64,000 nucleotides of DNA. Source: an uncultured Bacteroidota bacterium. Lineage in GTDB: Bacteria; Bacteroidota; Ignavibacteria; UBA10030; UBA6906. The notes under the pieces were generated by a model. It had not been told where the DNA came from. It made no database searches and worked only from the letters and a program-made list of their open reading frames with translations. The stretch is from positions 1,184,001 to 1,248,000 of the forward strand of contig CAVOYH010000003.1 of the NCBI GenBank assembly GCA_963700635.1. Reading direction: 5' to 3'. A program made the position numbers and the translations under genes. Of the stretch, positions 27,818 through 37,968 are shown piece after piece; the first letter of the stretch is position 1, and each line of letters opens with the position of its first letter.

Positions 27818-28737
27818 ACGTCCCCCCGGAGAGCAGTAACGTCCGACCACTTGTCGAATCCTCCTGTTTGCACGGCGGGGGCGATACGCTTAACGAGTCC
27901 CTGGAGCACTTTACCGGGCCCGATCTCGTAAAAAACATCCGCGCCGTCACGCACCATATTTCGAATAGTCTGTTCCCAGCGAACAGGGCTCGTGAGTTGT
28001 TGATACAAAAGATCCCGGATATCGGATGCTTTGGTCACCGGTTCAGCCGTGACATTCGCATACACGGGAACGCGGGCATCGTTGATGGATGTCGCATCGA
28101 GTGCGGCCTTCAGTCCTACTTTTGCACTGTGCATCAGCGGAGAATGGAACGCACCGCTGACGACGAGTTCTTTCACCATCTTTGCGCCTCTGGTGCGGGC
28201 CAGTTCCATTGCCGCGTGTACTCCCGCCAGAGATCCGGAGATCACGATCTGTCCGGGAGAGTTATAATTGGCCGGTTGAACAATTCCGGACGCGCTTGCT
28301 TCGCGGCAGACTTCTTCCGTCACCTCCGGCGATAATCCCACAATGGCGGCCATGGTGCCTTTCTGTTCTTCACCCGCGTGTTGCATCAGTTCGCCGCGCA
28401 GGCGCACGAGGCGGAGTCCGTCTGAGAAGCTCAGTGCACCTGCGGCCACAAGCGCGGAGTATTCTCCAAGAGAATGGCCGGCCACCATACGGGGAGTATG
28501 CCGGCCGATTGCACCGGCGGCAACCAGACTGTGCAGGAAGATAGCCGGTTGCGTATTGCTCGTCTGCCGGAGCAGATCCTCAGGGCCGTCAAAACAGACA
28601 CTGCTCAACGACGAGCCAAGCAGGCGATCCGCCTCTGCGATGGTGGCTTTGGATCGGTCGTCGTGTTCATAGAAGTCCCGTGCCATACCGACGTACTGGG
28701 ATCCCTGACCGGGGAATATGTAGGCTATCATGGACAT
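27814..28737 (-). CDS. fabD: Malonyl-CoA:ACP transacylase
   Basis: FPGQGSQ, TQPAI, GHSLGEY, VSGAFHS, EIGPGKVL. Confidence 0.97.
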   Translation of the reverse strand: MSMIAYIFPGQGSQYVGMARDFYEHDDRSKATIAEADRLLGSSLSSVCFDGPEDLLRQTSNTQPAIFLHSLVAAGAIGRHTPRMVAGHSLGEYSALVAAGALSFSDGLRLVRLRGELMQHAGEEQKGTMAAIVGLSPEVTEEVCREASASGIVQPANYNSPGQIVISGSLAGVHAAMELARTRGAKMVKELVVSGAFHSPLMHSAKVGLKAALDATSINDARVPVYANVTAEPVTKASDIRDLLYQQLTSPVRWEQTIRNMVRDGADVFYEIGPGKVLQGLVKRIAPAVQTGGFDKWSDVTALRGDV

Positions 28738-28752
28738 GGTTTTGTTGCTGTG

Positions 28753-29757
28753 TTATCCCTTATTCTCAGCGGTCCAGCGTATTAGTATCGATCCCCATGT
28801 GTAGCCCGCGCCGAAGGCAGCAAGCACAACCGTTTGGCCCTTACGAAGTTTTCCGGCCTGCCACCATTCAGAGAGACACAAAGGGATTGTTGCCGCTGTG
28901 GTATTGCCGTAGCGATTGATATTGATCATGACCTTACTTTTGTCGATCCCTATACGAGAGGCCGTGGCATCGATGATGCGCAGATTTGCCTGATGGGGAA
29001 CAAGCCAATCAACATCGTGGCCGGTCATGGAGTTGCGTTCGACAATTTCAGCGGAGACGTCGGCCATACCGACGACGGCCACCTTAAAGACGGCTTTCCC
29101 GTCCTGATACAAATAGTGCATCCGCTTGTCAACGGTTTCATGGGTAGGCGGGTTGAGGCTTCCGCCTCCCTGCATGTTCAAATACCGTTCGCCGGAACCA
29201 TCACAGCGTAGTATGTGATCCAGGATGCCGCCGGATTCATCATCCGTCGGTTCCAGCAGCACTGCTGCGCCAGCGTCTCCGAAGAGGATGCAGTTATTCC
29301 GATCCGTATAGTCCGTGATGGAACTCATTTTGTCCGCACCCACAACAACAACCCGTTTATAGGCACCGGTTTCGATGAACTGCGCTCCGGTCATGAGTGC
29401 AAAGAGGAACCCCGAGCAGGCAGCCGAGAGATCAAAACCCCACGCATTTGTTGCCTGGACTTTTTCCTGTATCAGGCATGCCGTTGACGGAAAGAACATA
29501 TCGGGAGTGACCGTTGCCACGATAATCAGGTCGATGGCGTCGGCGGCCATCCCCCTGTTTTTCAGCATTGCGGTAATGGCGCCAGCGCCAAGGTCAGACG
29601 TTGCACCCTGTTCGAGGATGCGGCGTTCTTCAATACCCGTTCGTGTTCGGATCCACTCATCGGTGGTATCCACCATCTTCTCAAAGTCAAAATTAGAGAG
29701 GATCTTATCCGGGACGTAGTGCCCGACTGAAGTTATTGTTGCTCGGCGTTTAGGCAT
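28753..29757 (-). CDS. fabH: 3-oxoacyl-ACP synthase III
   Basis: WIRTRTGI, AACSGF, LFGDAG, HQANLRII, GNTTAA. Confidence 0.97.
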   Translation of the reverse strand: MPKRRATITSVGHYVPDKILSNFDFEKMVDTTDEWIRTRTGIEERRILEQGATSDLGAGAITAMLKNRGMAADAIDLIIVATVTPDMFFPSTACLIQEKVQATNAWGFDLSAACSGFLFALMTGAQFIETGAYKRVVVVGADKMSSITDYTDRNNCILFGDAGAAVLLEPTDDESGGILDHILRCDGSGERYLNMQGGGSLNPPTHETVDKRMHYLYQDGKAVFKVAVVGMADVSAEIVERNSMTGHDVDWLVPHQANLRIIDATASRIGIDKSKVMININRYGNTTAATIPLCLSEWWQAGKLRKGQTVVLAAFGAGYTWGSILIRWTAENKG

Positions 29758-30802
29758 CGGTGCGCGTCAGCTTTTCCTGTATGTGTGTATTGACCATCTT
29801 ATGGATGATTTCTTCGGCCCGGAAAATCATATTCTTGATGGCTTTGGGTGATGACTTGCCATGGCCGATAATGACGACGCCATTCACACCGAGAAGAGGA
29901 ACGCCGCCATGTTCCTGGTAGTCCATCTCTTTCATCACGCGGCGAAGGCCGTTTCTGGCGAGCAGGGCAATCATGGAATTCCAGAGACTGGCTTTCGCAA
30001 AGGTCTGGAATTTTGCCTTGAAGAAGTGCGGCACACTTTCTCCGAACTTCAGAAGGACATTGCCGGCAAAGCCGTCGCACACAACCACATCCAGCTCTCC
30101 GCTCAGGATATCCCGTCCCTCGACGTTGCCGACGAAATGTAGTCCGCTCTTCCGGAGAAGTTTGAGAGCGGCCAGACTTGCCTCGTTCCCTTTGGAGTCT
30201 TCTTCGCCGATACTCAGGAGGCCTACCTTAGGATTTGCAATGTTTCGTATGGCCCCCACGTAAATAGATCCCATGATAGCGAATTCCAGCAGGTGCTGCG
30301 GGCGGCAATCAACATTGGCTCCCGCATCGAGCAACAGACAGGGTTCCTTGGCCGTCGGGAGAAGCGCGCCAATCGTTGGGCGTCCGATACCACTGATCCG
30401 CCCGAGGATCAATGTCGCCGCGGAAAGCACGGCGCCGGTGTTGCCCGCGCTGACGAAGGCATCAACCGCGCCATCCCGGTGATGATGCAGCCCGACGCTG
30501 ATGGATGACCGGCGTTTTGTCTTGAGCGCCGCCATCGCGGAATCTTGCATATCAATAACTTCGGGGGCATCGATGATAGAGTAGTGCTCCTCGGAAGGAA
30601 CACACCCTCCGGGTAGTGCTCCCTGCGCACGGACTGCAGCCTGGAGTGTTGCCTCTGGGCCGAAGAGGGCTATCCGGAAACGTCCTCCGGTTTCGTGGAG
30701 GGCCTGGCAGGCGCCGGTCACGACATTCGCCGGAGCGTAGTCCCCACCCATTGCATCGACAGCAATAGTTATGTGCTTAGCCTGGGAGGTCAATGAGCAC
30801 AC
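29750..30802 (-). CDS. plsX: Phosphate acyltransferase
   Basis: IAVDAMGGDYAP, SAGNTGA, DAGANVD, GNVEGRD, VCDGFAGN, HGKS. Exact start uncertain. Confidence 0.95.
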   Translation of the reverse strand: MCSLTSQAKHITIAVDAMGGDYAPANVVTGACQALHETGGRFRIALFGPEATLQAAVRAQGALPGGCVPSEEHYSIIDAPEVIDMQDSAMAALKTKRRSSISVGLHHHRDGAVDAFVSAGNTGAVLSAATLILGRISGIGRPTIGALLPTAKEPCLLLDAGANVDCRPQHLLEFAIMGSIYVGAIRNIANPKVGLLSIGEEDSKGNEASLAALKLLRKSGLHFVGNVEGRDILSGELDVVVCDGFAGNVLLKFGESVPHFFKAKFQTFAKASLWNSMIALLARNGLRRVMKEMDYQEHGGVPLLGVNGVVIIGHGKSSPKAIKNMIFRAEEIIHKMVNTHIQEKLTRTDA

Positions 30803-30835
30803 TACTGATTGTCGGAATCTGTCCGGATAACCGAA

Positions 30836-31018
30836 TCAGGAGGATTTCGGGACGATGATGGAACGGCCGTTGTAGAAGCCACAATTCGGGCATACCCGAT
30901 GGGGGAGTTTCTGCGTGTGGCAATTGGGGCATTCCGAAACCGCGGGTGCCGTGGCCTTGTAGTGTGTGCGGCGTTTGCGTCCACGGGTCTTTGAATGGCG
31001 TCGTTTTGGATTCGGCAT
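30836..31018 (-). CDS. rpmF: 50S ribosomal protein L32
   Basis: [12 protein letters not shown]...CPNC...[10 protein letters not shown] (zinc-binding type). Confidence 0.97.
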   Translation of the reverse strand: MPNPKRRHSKTRGRKRRTHYKATAPAVSECPNCHTQKLPHRVCPNCGFYNGRSIIVPKSS

Positions 31019-31050
31019 GGTACACGCTCCTGTAATTTACTACCGTATGC

Positions 31051-31554
31051 TCAGTTTTCTTTCTGAAAGAAGTCTCGTAACCCGTCCCAGCGCGTGTCAG
31101 TCTCTCCAGCCGGGCAACCGCAGGGTCCGCTGTTCAAATCTTTCCCGCATCGCGGACAAAGCCCCCGGCACTCTTTTCTGCAGAGAAGCTTCAGCGGGAT
31201 GGAAAGGAGAACAGTCTGCCGGACGTCGTCTGCGAGGTCAATGATCGGTAAACCGGGAGGAAGAATCTGCACCTCCGACGGATCAAAGCCCTGGGCATCA
31301 GTTTCGTCCGCAACATAATTCATCCGATATTCCGGGGTCAGGACCAGGTCGAACTGCGCCGTGCACCGGTCGCAGTAAAACGCACCCGACGTCTGTATCC
31401 GTGCCCGCAGGAAAAGCTGCTTCCCGGTCTTGTCCAGAGTAGCATCTATCTTGACCGGGTTGACAAGTCCGTCCCCCAGTGTAATGTCCGCGGCGTCTAC
31501 CTCGAAATGATACTCGTGTGTACCCTCCGAAAGACTCCCGATCTGAATTCTCAT
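31051..31554 (-). CDS. yceD: YceD/DUF177 family protein
   Basis: CDRC, LCRKECRGLCPRCG, DTRWDGL. Upstream of rpmF, its usual position. Confidence 0.9.
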   Translation of the reverse strand: MRIQIGSLSEGTHEYHFEVDAADITLGDGLVNPVKIDATLDKTGKQLFLRARIQTSGAFYCDRCTAQFDLVLTPEYRMNYVADETDAQGFDPSEVQILPPGLPIIDLADDVRQTVLLSIPLKLLCRKECRGLCPRCGKDLNSGPCGCPAGETDTRWDGLRDFFQKEN

Positions 31555-31622
31555 CGTTTCCTGCCAGACGCTCAAATGGGGCTCGTTAGCCCCATTCTCA
31601 ATTCGAACCGAAAAAGTATGAC

Positions 31623-31651
31623 AATGTACCGAGAAATCTCTTGAGAGTCAA
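31623..31651 (-). promoter_or_regulatory. sigma70-type promoter of the yceD-rpmF-plsX-fab cluster
   Basis: On the minus strand, TTGACT-N17-TACATT. Confidence 0.65.
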
Positions 31652-31694
31652 GATTCCGGTGGGCGGAGAGCAGGGAGGATCAAGGAAGCAAGAC

Positions 31695-31731
31695 GCGGCC
31701 CCCCGGGCTGGTGGTTACCCCGGGGAGTCGC
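31695..31731 (-). terminator. GC-rich hairpin after the DUF3276 gene (probable terminator)
   Basis: GCGACTCCCCGGG/CCCGGGGGGCCGC stem followed by a pyrimidine-rich tail. Confidence 0.5.
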
Positions 31732-31757
31732 AAGAGAAGCGCGGAGTTCGATGAAAG

Positions 31758-32024
31758 TTAGCGGACTTCTACGCTATGATCCAGAAGCTGTGTCTGGACA
31801 TGCTCAACCGTTTCTGCGAGGGCCTCCTTGAACTTCTCAAAATCCTCCTTGTAGAGGAAGATCTTGTGCTTCTCGTATTCGTCATCACCGACACGTTTGC
31901 TCTCCGTAATCGTGATGTAGAAGTCTTTTTCGGACTTTGTCGCTTTTACGTCGAAGAAATAGGTCCGTTTCCCCGCCCTCACGCGTTTCGTGAAGATTTC
32001 ATCTTTGTAGCCATCGTTCTCCAA
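31758..32024 (-). CDS. DUF3276 / PUR-like nucleic-acid-binding protein
   Basis: VRAGKRTYFFDVKAT, YITITESK, HKIFLYKEDF. TTG start with SD AAGGAGG. Confidence 0.9.
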   Translation of the reverse strand: MENDGYKDEIFTKRVRAGKRTYFFDVKATKSEKDFYITITESKRVGDDEYEKHKIFLYKEDFEKFKEALAETVEHVQTQLLDHSVEVR

Positions 32025-32093
32025 TGTTAACTCCTCCTTGTACAGTAAGTGAGTTGCCTACCGGTTCTCCCCGTCGGTGCGGAGGGTGTTCCG

Positions 32094-34361
32094 TTATCGT
32101 TTGATGAGCGCGACTTTTCCAGCGGCAACCGTGCTGCCATCCTTTGCATAAGCCACGATGATATACACACCCGAGGCAACCACTTCTCCCCTGACATCCT
32201 TGCCATCCCACGTGCCGATCAAACCGCCCGGTGTGGTAATATTGCGCACGACGTTGCCGTCGACGGTCAGAATCTTCATCTCCGATCCGGCTACCAGTCC
32301 GCTGACCGTGAGAGGATCCGGAGAGGGGACAATAAACGGATTCGGATAGACGGTCAGTCCGTCGAATGCCGCCCGCGGCGCCGCGGCCGGGGTCGTGAGA
32401 CTTGCCAATCCTGACATCGTGCCAATGTAGACGGTTCCCGTCCTGGAATCCACTCCGATTGATTTGATGTCGTTATCCATCAACTTTCCGGCCGTATTCT
32501 CAACGGTATACGAAGCAAGTGTCTGCGTCCCATCGGGAGAGAGGAGGAACACGCCTTCCGTTGTCCCGACCCATTTCTGATTCAGGGGATCCTGTGCGAT
32601 GGTGTTCACCACCAGTCCGTTCAGGGGTTTGTACGCGGCGATAGCGCCTGTCCGGGTTGGATTGGAAGGTTCCAGGATGATGGCAATACCACGATCGGTG
32701 CCCACCCAGATGTCATTGTCGCGGTCGACAAGGAGGGTTTTGACCTCACTGCTGGGCAGTCCGTTGGAGGCTCCCAGAAGAAAGGCGGCAGTACTGTCAA
32801 TCGTTCCGGCATTGCCCAGAGAAATCAACCCGCGATACGCAGGGTCGCGAACAGTTGCCCAGACATTGTCGAACGCATCGATGGCGATGCAGCGATCCAC
32901 CGGGCGATCCATCAGGCTGGTCATCTTGATGCCATTGATCATGGCAGGGAAAAACGACCAGGTTCCGTCAGGTTTCCGCACGGTGAACACATTCCTGTCC
33001 GCAGCCAGCACAACACTCATCCATGCATTGCCGCGACTGTCGCAGGCAACGTTGCTTACCACCACATAGTTGCGATCGGCATCCAGGCCGATCATGCCGA
33101 CATTCCGGCCATAGACAAACTGGGAATCAAGCTTTGTGCTTCCCCGCGGGATGGCAACAACACCGCGTCCGTAACTCGACGCCCATACCCTGCCATCGCA
33201 TCCGGTGGACATCCGGTAAATGTCGTTGGTGGGGAGCGGACTGTTTTCGGTCGTAAATGTTGTCCACAGCGACCCGTCATATCTGAACAAACCGCGGCCG
33301 GAGAGATCGCCTGATGCACACCACAGGATACCGTCGGGATCCACGACGAGGTTAAGAAACTGGTTGGAGTTTGGTCCGTTCGGCACGTGTGCTGACCACG
33401 TGGTCTCCCCGGTGAGTAATCCCGTTGTTGCGGTGCCCACAACGGCCTTCCCGTCGTTGCTCATGGTCAGGGCGGTCGGCGTGACGGGCAGCGCGGGACC
33501 CACGGTAGTGACGACGTTCGAGGGTGAGATGGAAAATACAACTTTGTCAAGTGTGGTGGCGATAAGTTGTGTCGCAGAGGACGAAAGAGCAACCACACTC
33601 TTCCCGCTGAGTGCCGATACTTCGGTCCACACGCCGTTCTCCTCGACGTAGAGTCCCGCGGAGGTGCCGGCGTAGAGCTTGCCCGCAAAAACATCCAGGA
33701 CCCTGGGAATCGTTGCGGTCCCGCCCACAATCTGGAGTGTCCATGCCTCCGGAGGCAGCAGGTTTGGATTGGCAAGCGACGCGGACGCAACGCGGTTGAC
33801 GGACTGTCCGTCGGAAACACAGGCCCACATTTTTCCGGCATGGATTGCGGCAGATGTCACCGCGCTCCGTGTTCCTGCGGGTATTGTACCAAAGCGTGAG
33901 TAGGTATCGCCAAATTCAAAACGCCGGATGTGGAAAAGGCTCAGACCAAACTCGGTGGAAAACAGGGCGGTGTCGCCGACGATCGTGATCGCATTGATCT
34001 TTTTGTTGGTCTGATTTGACGAGGCGATATCCAGAACAGGCCGGATGGTACCCGTTGACGGGGTGTACACATGGAGCGTGCCGTTGGTGCTTCCGGTCCA
34101 CACGTCGCCCTGCCGATCGACATTCACGGCGGTGAGATCAATTGTCCGCAGTCCTTCGGCATTTGTCAGAAGGAGATACTGTTCGGAAGCGGGTGTCCAG
34201 CGGAAGAGGCCGCCCGAGGTGGCAGCCCAGAAGGTTGTGCCGTCGCGGACGACAGCACGGACGTCCTTCATTGATGTGTAATTGCGCCACGTCCCCGATG
34301 CGCCCAGAGCGCACAGTGGTGCGAGGAGAACAGCCGCACAGACATACCACCCTCTCTTCAT
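32094..34361 (-). CDS. PorZ-like beta-propeller protein with T9SS-type C-terminal domain
   Basis: Signal peptide then GTWRNY; repeated two-component-regulator propeller units (D...WVGT..G); C-terminal VYPNP...WDGKD...VASGVYI...GKVALIK. Confidence 0.75.
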   Translation of the reverse strand: MKRGWYVCAAVLLAPLCALGASGTWRNYTSMKDVRAVVRDGTTFWAATSGGLFRWTPASEQYLLLTNAEGLRTIDLTAVNVDRQGDVWTGSTNGTLHVYTPSTGTIRPVLDIASSNQTNKKINAITIVGDTALFSTEFGLSLFHIRRFEFGDTYSRFGTIPAGTRSAVTSAAIHAGKMWACVSDGQSVNRVASASLANPNLLPPEAWTLQIVGGTATIPRVLDVFAGKLYAGTSAGLYVEENGVWTEVSALSGKSVVALSSSATQLIATTLDKVVFSISPSNVVTTVGPALPVTPTALTMSNDGKAVVGTATTGLLTGETTWSAHVPNGPNSNQFLNLVVDPDGILWCASGDLSGRGLFRYDGSLWTTFTTENSPLPTNDIYRMSTGCDGRVWASSYGRGVVAIPRGSTKLDSQFVYGRNVGMIGLDADRNYVVVSNVACDSRGNAWMSVVLAADRNVFTVRKPDGTWSFFPAMINGIKMTSLMDRPVDRCIAIDAFDNVWATVRDPAYRGLISLGNAGTIDSTAAFLLGASNGLPSSEVKTLLVDRDNDIWVGTDRGIAIILEPSNPTRTGAIAAYKPLNGLVVNTIAQDPLNQKWVGTTEGVFLLSPDGTQTLASYTVENTAGKLMDNDIKSIGVDSRTGTVYIGTMSGLASLTTPAAAPRAAFDGLTVYPNPFIVPSPDPLTVSGLVAGSEMKILTVDGNVVRNITTPGGLIGTWDGKDVRGEVVASGVYIIVAYAKDGSTVAAGKVALIKR

Positions 34362-34371
34362 TGCGATGTGC

Positions 34372-34860
34372 CTACCCCCCCGCTCTCTTCTTTTTGTTGT
34401 GCAGTTGTCTGTGAACGTGGAGCAATTCCATGACGCTTAAGGCGGCATCCCACCCCTTGTTTCCGGCTTTTGCACCGGCGCGTTCAAGCGCTTGTTCGAG
34501 GGTCTCTGTCGTGAGCACGCCGAAGGTCAACGGAACTCCTGTCTGAAGAGCCACCGATCCGAGGTCGCGAGCAACCCCCGATGCAATATATTCAAAATGA
34601 GGAGTGTCTCCCCGGATGACACAGCCCAGACAAATGACAGCATCGGCGGTACCTGTGCGGGCGACCTGGAGTGCTGCCTGGGGGATTTCGAATGCACCTG
34701 GGACATAGATCGTGGTAATGGCGTTCTCGTTGCCGCCGTGTCGCAGCAGACAGTCAACGGCGCCCGACACAAGTTGTTGGGTTATCAGACTGTTAAACCG
34801 GCTGACAACCAGAGCGAAGGTGGATCCCTCGGCGGTAATCTGACCTTGAATAGTGCGCAT
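34372..34860 (-). CDS. ribH: 6,7-dimethyl-8-ribityllumazine synthase
   Basis: VSRFN, VPGAFEIP, LGCVIRGDTPHFEY, FGVLT, KAGNKG. Confidence 0.97.
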   Translation of the reverse strand: MRTIQGQITAEGSTFALVVSRFNSLITQQLVSGAVDCLLRHGGNENAITTIYVPGAFEIPQAALQVARTGTADAVICLGCVIRGDTPHFEYIASGVARDLGSVALQTGVPLTFGVLTTETLEQALERAGAKAGNKGWDAALSVMELLHVHRQLHNKKKRAGG

Positions 34861-35146
34861 GGAATTCTTCCCTTATATCACAACATTCATCACAAACATC
34901 CGTCATCCCCAGGGCCGATCCACGATGGAGGCCCAACCCGGCTTTCTGCCGACCGCCGTATTCTTCCCTTGCCACCGCCGGGACTCCGTCAGGATATCTC
35001 CGACAGAGCGTCAAGTGTTCGCACACACACGCGGGAGGGTTTTAAGGAGGTGGTGCGGGTCACCTCGAGCGTCGCTGGAAGGGGGCAGGGTACGGTCCGG
35101 TTTCCCTTCGCGGCGTTCCTGTCGGGAAGAAAGAACGAAGAAAGGC

Positions 35147-35830
35147 CTACAGATACCTGCTTTTGAATTTCTCGTAGTCGTTGATGATCAGCTTTCCGCG
35201 CTCGATCTCAATGTGGCCTTCCCGGATAAACGAGTGAATCATCCGGGAGATGGTTTCACGTGAGGTACCGGCCATATTTGCAAGATCCTGTTGCAGGGGA
35301 AGCTCATCAATTTCGACCCGACCCTTGCGGATCTTTCCGATATCATCGGCAAGCTGCAGCACCACGTTTGCGACCCGTCCCGCAGCATCTTTCAAAGACA
35401 GGCTCTTGATCATTGCGTCTGCTTTGCGCAAACGCATCGTCAATTCCTTGAGGAGGGCAATAGCCACGGAGGGGAAATCGTGCAGCAACTTCAGGAAATC
35501 CCTTCGGTGGATCATAAACAATTCAGCTTTGGTCGTCGCCACGACGCTGGCACTGCGGGCCAGACCATCCAGGATGGCCATTTCGCCAAAGAAGTCACTT
35601 TCCCCCAAAATCGATAAGATTACCTCGCGTCCGTCATCATCCATCCGTAAAATCTTCACCTTGCCGGTTACGATGACAAAGAGGGCTGCTCCGGCTTCTT
35701 CTTCGAGCAGGATGATGCTCCCTTTTTTGTATTTTTTACGAACCCCGACTTTGGAAATCGTATCAAGGTCCATCGCCTCGAGATCGCTGAGGATCGGGAC
35801 ATTCTTAAGGAATTCCAGGTCGTCCTTCAT
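35147..35830 (-). CDS. Crp/Fnr-family transcriptional regulator (cAMP-receptor-like)
   Basis: cNMP pocket FFGEMA...RSASV; HTH QQDLANMAGTSRETISR. Confidence 0.92.
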   Translation of the reverse strand: MKDDLEFLKNVPILSDLEAMDLDTISKVGVRKKYKKGSIILLEEEAGAALFVIVTGKVKILRMDDDGREVILSILGESDFFGEMAILDGLARSASVVATTKAELFMIHRRDFLKLLHDFPSVAIALLKELTMRLRKADAMIKSLSLKDAAGRVANVVLQLADDIGKIRKGRVEIDELPLQQDLANMAGTSRETISRMIHSFIREGHIEIERGKLIINDYEKFKSRYL

Positions 35831-35890
35831 TGGGGGGCTGGCATGTGGTAAAGGCGCGTGTCCAGGCGATACGACCGATCGCAATGGTCA

Positions 35891-35919
35891 AATATAGGTC
35901 GTGCAACCGTGAAAGTCAA
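35891..35919 (-). promoter_or_regulatory. sigma70-type promoter of the Crp-family gene
   Basis: On the minus strand, TTGACT-N17-TATATT. Confidence 0.6.
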
Positions 35920-35947
35920 GGTTTGCAAGAGGTTACGGCGATTCCTC

Positions 35948-36757
35948 CTATTCCGAGATCAGCAGGTAGCAGAACAAGGCCAGCCCGACCTGGGTAAGTG
36001 CAAACGAAACCCCCGCCCACGTGTCCAGCCGACGCCGCTCGGTGAGCAAGGCCGGAGTACCACTCTGTAAATATGCCGCCTGCCGTTCATCTGCGGCAAT
36101 TTTGAAGTATGCAGCAGCGATGCCTGCAAGCACAGACACACCCCCACTGACGTACAATCCGATACGGCGGGTGGACCACCCGTCAGGAGAGACGAAGAGC
36201 TGGGACTCGTCTGGGGGGAGCCGCTGCCAACCGGCCTTGAGCGCCGTTTGAAACACACTTCCCGAAAGCTCAGAAGCACCAAGAGAAACAGTCTCAAAAC
36301 CCTCTTTTTTCAATGCAACGCGCAGGCCCGGGTGAAGAAGTGAAGGGTGCAAGAGGAAGGGTGTTGTGCCGGCAAGCGAGTCGTCAAGATACACGCCGGC
36401 ACCCGAGGGCTGGCTGTTTACCGAGACATACGAACGGACAGCATAGTGAAGGGTTTGTGTCTGGCCCGGGGCCAGCACCAGTGAGTCCGTGACCGTGGTT
36501 CCAAGCCAGCTTTCAATGTGGGGATGGCTGATCCTGAAGATGTACGTTCCCGGCCTGAGGGAGTCTGCCGCGAAAGGAGTTCGCCCGACATAGGATCCAT
36601 CAAGAAAAACAAGTGCGCTGTCGATGTCGGCGAAGATCTTCACCCCTGCCACCTCACTGACAGTAACAGAATCATCAGGAGACGGCCTGGTGAACGCATA
36701 TTCCCCGCAGCACACCAGGAGGGCGAGGCATGTAATCGTTGTGCGAGCGCTGATCAT
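35948..36757 (-). CDS. PEGA-domain protein with C-terminal hydrophobic helices
   Basis: Two PEGA units (ALVFLDGSYVGRTP; SQPSGAGVYLDDSLAGTTP) and two C-terminal hydrophobic segments. ATGA overlap with the upstream gene. Confidence 0.8.
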   Translation of the reverse strand: MISARTTITCLALLVCCGEYAFTRPSPDDSVTVSEVAGVKIFADIDSALVFLDGSYVGRTPFAADSLRPGTYIFRISHPHIESWLGTTVTDSLVLAPGQTQTLHYAVRSYVSVNSQPSGAGVYLDDSLAGTTPFLLHPSLLHPGLRVALKKEGFETVSLGASELSGSVFQTALKAGWQRLPPDESQLFVSPDGWSTRRIGLYVSGGVSVLAGIAAAYFKIAADERQAAYLQSGTPALLTERRRLDTWAGVSFALTQVGLALFCYLLISE

Positions 36758-37968
36758 TTTTTCCCCTCCCGGAAGGCCTGGAGGATCCGGTTATCCCCGG
36801 CGACAAAGATACGCCCCACCCCAATGATCGGTGTCGTTTTGATTCTGCCCCCGGTCGTGCCGCGCCATACAACCTCTCCCGTCTTACGCTGGAGTGCCAG
36901 AAGGTCCTTTCTGAGTGTTCCTGCGTAAACGTATTGGCCGGAACCGACGATTCCGGAATTGATAGGGGCACGGACGTCCGTCTCCCACACCAGCAATCCT
37001 GTCGCGCGATTGATCGCGACGACGCGCCCTGCTGTTGTGCCGACGATCACGAGGGCAGAATCGACAAGCGCGGAACCATAGATCGACCCTCCCGCGTCAT
37101 AGGACCACAGTGCAGTTCCGGTCGTCATGGCAATTGCGAGAATTTTGCCTTCCAGCGTTCCGACAAACAGGTCGCCCTGATGGATCACCGCTGGTGCATA
37201 CACTGCTGCGCCGGCATCAAACCGCCACCGCAATGTGCCGGATGATGCAACCAGATGATAGAGAAACCCATCATCTGCTCCAAAGAGAACGGATTGATCA
37301 AATCCCGCCGGTGACGAACGGATTCCTTTCATCGTCGTGTTGTCCGGAAGATCAAACCTCCAGAGTTCTCCTCCATCCTCGCGGGAGACGCAGTAGAATG
37401 TCCCAGCGGTATTTGCGATGAAGATCCGGGATTCCAGAAGGAGTGGAGATACGTGGATGTCGCCGAGCATCTGGCGCCAGCGGGTCTTTCCTTCCAGCAG
37501 ATCATAGGCGACCAGGGACTCGCGCGACCCGACGAGAGGGACGATGGCAAGGTTGCCGTCGATGACCGGCGCGCCATGGATCGCTCCGCCAAGGCCCACC
37601 CATCCATACCGTTTGCCGGTGCGGGCGTCGAAGGCGTATAGCTCACCGCGGAGATTGCCGAGAAAGAGCACACTATCAACAAGCAACGGTGCGCCCTCAC
37701 CGAAGCCTGCGGTCAGATTCTGTTCCCATTCAAGAAACAGCGGGGGGTCCGAGATGGGCTGCCGGTCATTGTTGCGCAGCGTGTTTCCATTAAACGTCCG
37801 GATGTCTGCTTCCTGGTCCCGCAGAGGATACGGGAGCCGGAGTCCGCCACACCCTGCGAGAACACCGATCAGCAGCGCGGCGATGGTCACCCTGGACGCT
37901 GCCGCAGTGCGTCCGGCAGCCGCAGGTGACAGCGAGGTCACGTCGCCATAGCAAGAGGTGCTTGACAT
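36754..37968 (-). CDS. PQQ-like beta-propeller (BamB-like) lipoprotein
   Basis: Repeated G.LYA.D..TG...W units; lipobox-like LIGVLAGC. Start uncertain; TGATG coupling at 37968. Confidence 0.8.
   Translation of the reverse strand: MSSTSCYGDVTSLSPAAAGRTAAASRVTIAALLIGVLAGCGGLRLPYPLRDQEADIRTFNGNTLRNNDRQPISDPPLFLEWEQNLTAGFGEGAPLLVDSVLFLGNLRGELYAFDARTGKRYGWVGLGGAIHGAPVIDGNLAIVPLVGSRESLVAYDLLEGKTRWRQMLGDIHVSPLLLESRIFIANTAGTFYCVSREDGGELWRFDLPDNTTMKGIRSSPAGFDQSVLFGADDGFLYHLVASSGTLRWRFDAGAAVYAPAVIHQGDLFVGTLEGKILAIAMTTGTALWSYDAGGSIYGSALVDSALVIVGTTAGRVVAINRATGLLVWETDVRAPINSGIVGSGQYVYAGTLRKDLLALQRKTGEVVWRGTTGGRIKTTPIIGVGRIFVAGDNRILQAFREGKK

Noticed and set aside
35082-35091. GGGGCAGGGT resembling the 5' end of an FMN riboswitch near ribH
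   Set aside because: It is on the wrong strand for ribH, and the following conserved FMN blocks are missing.
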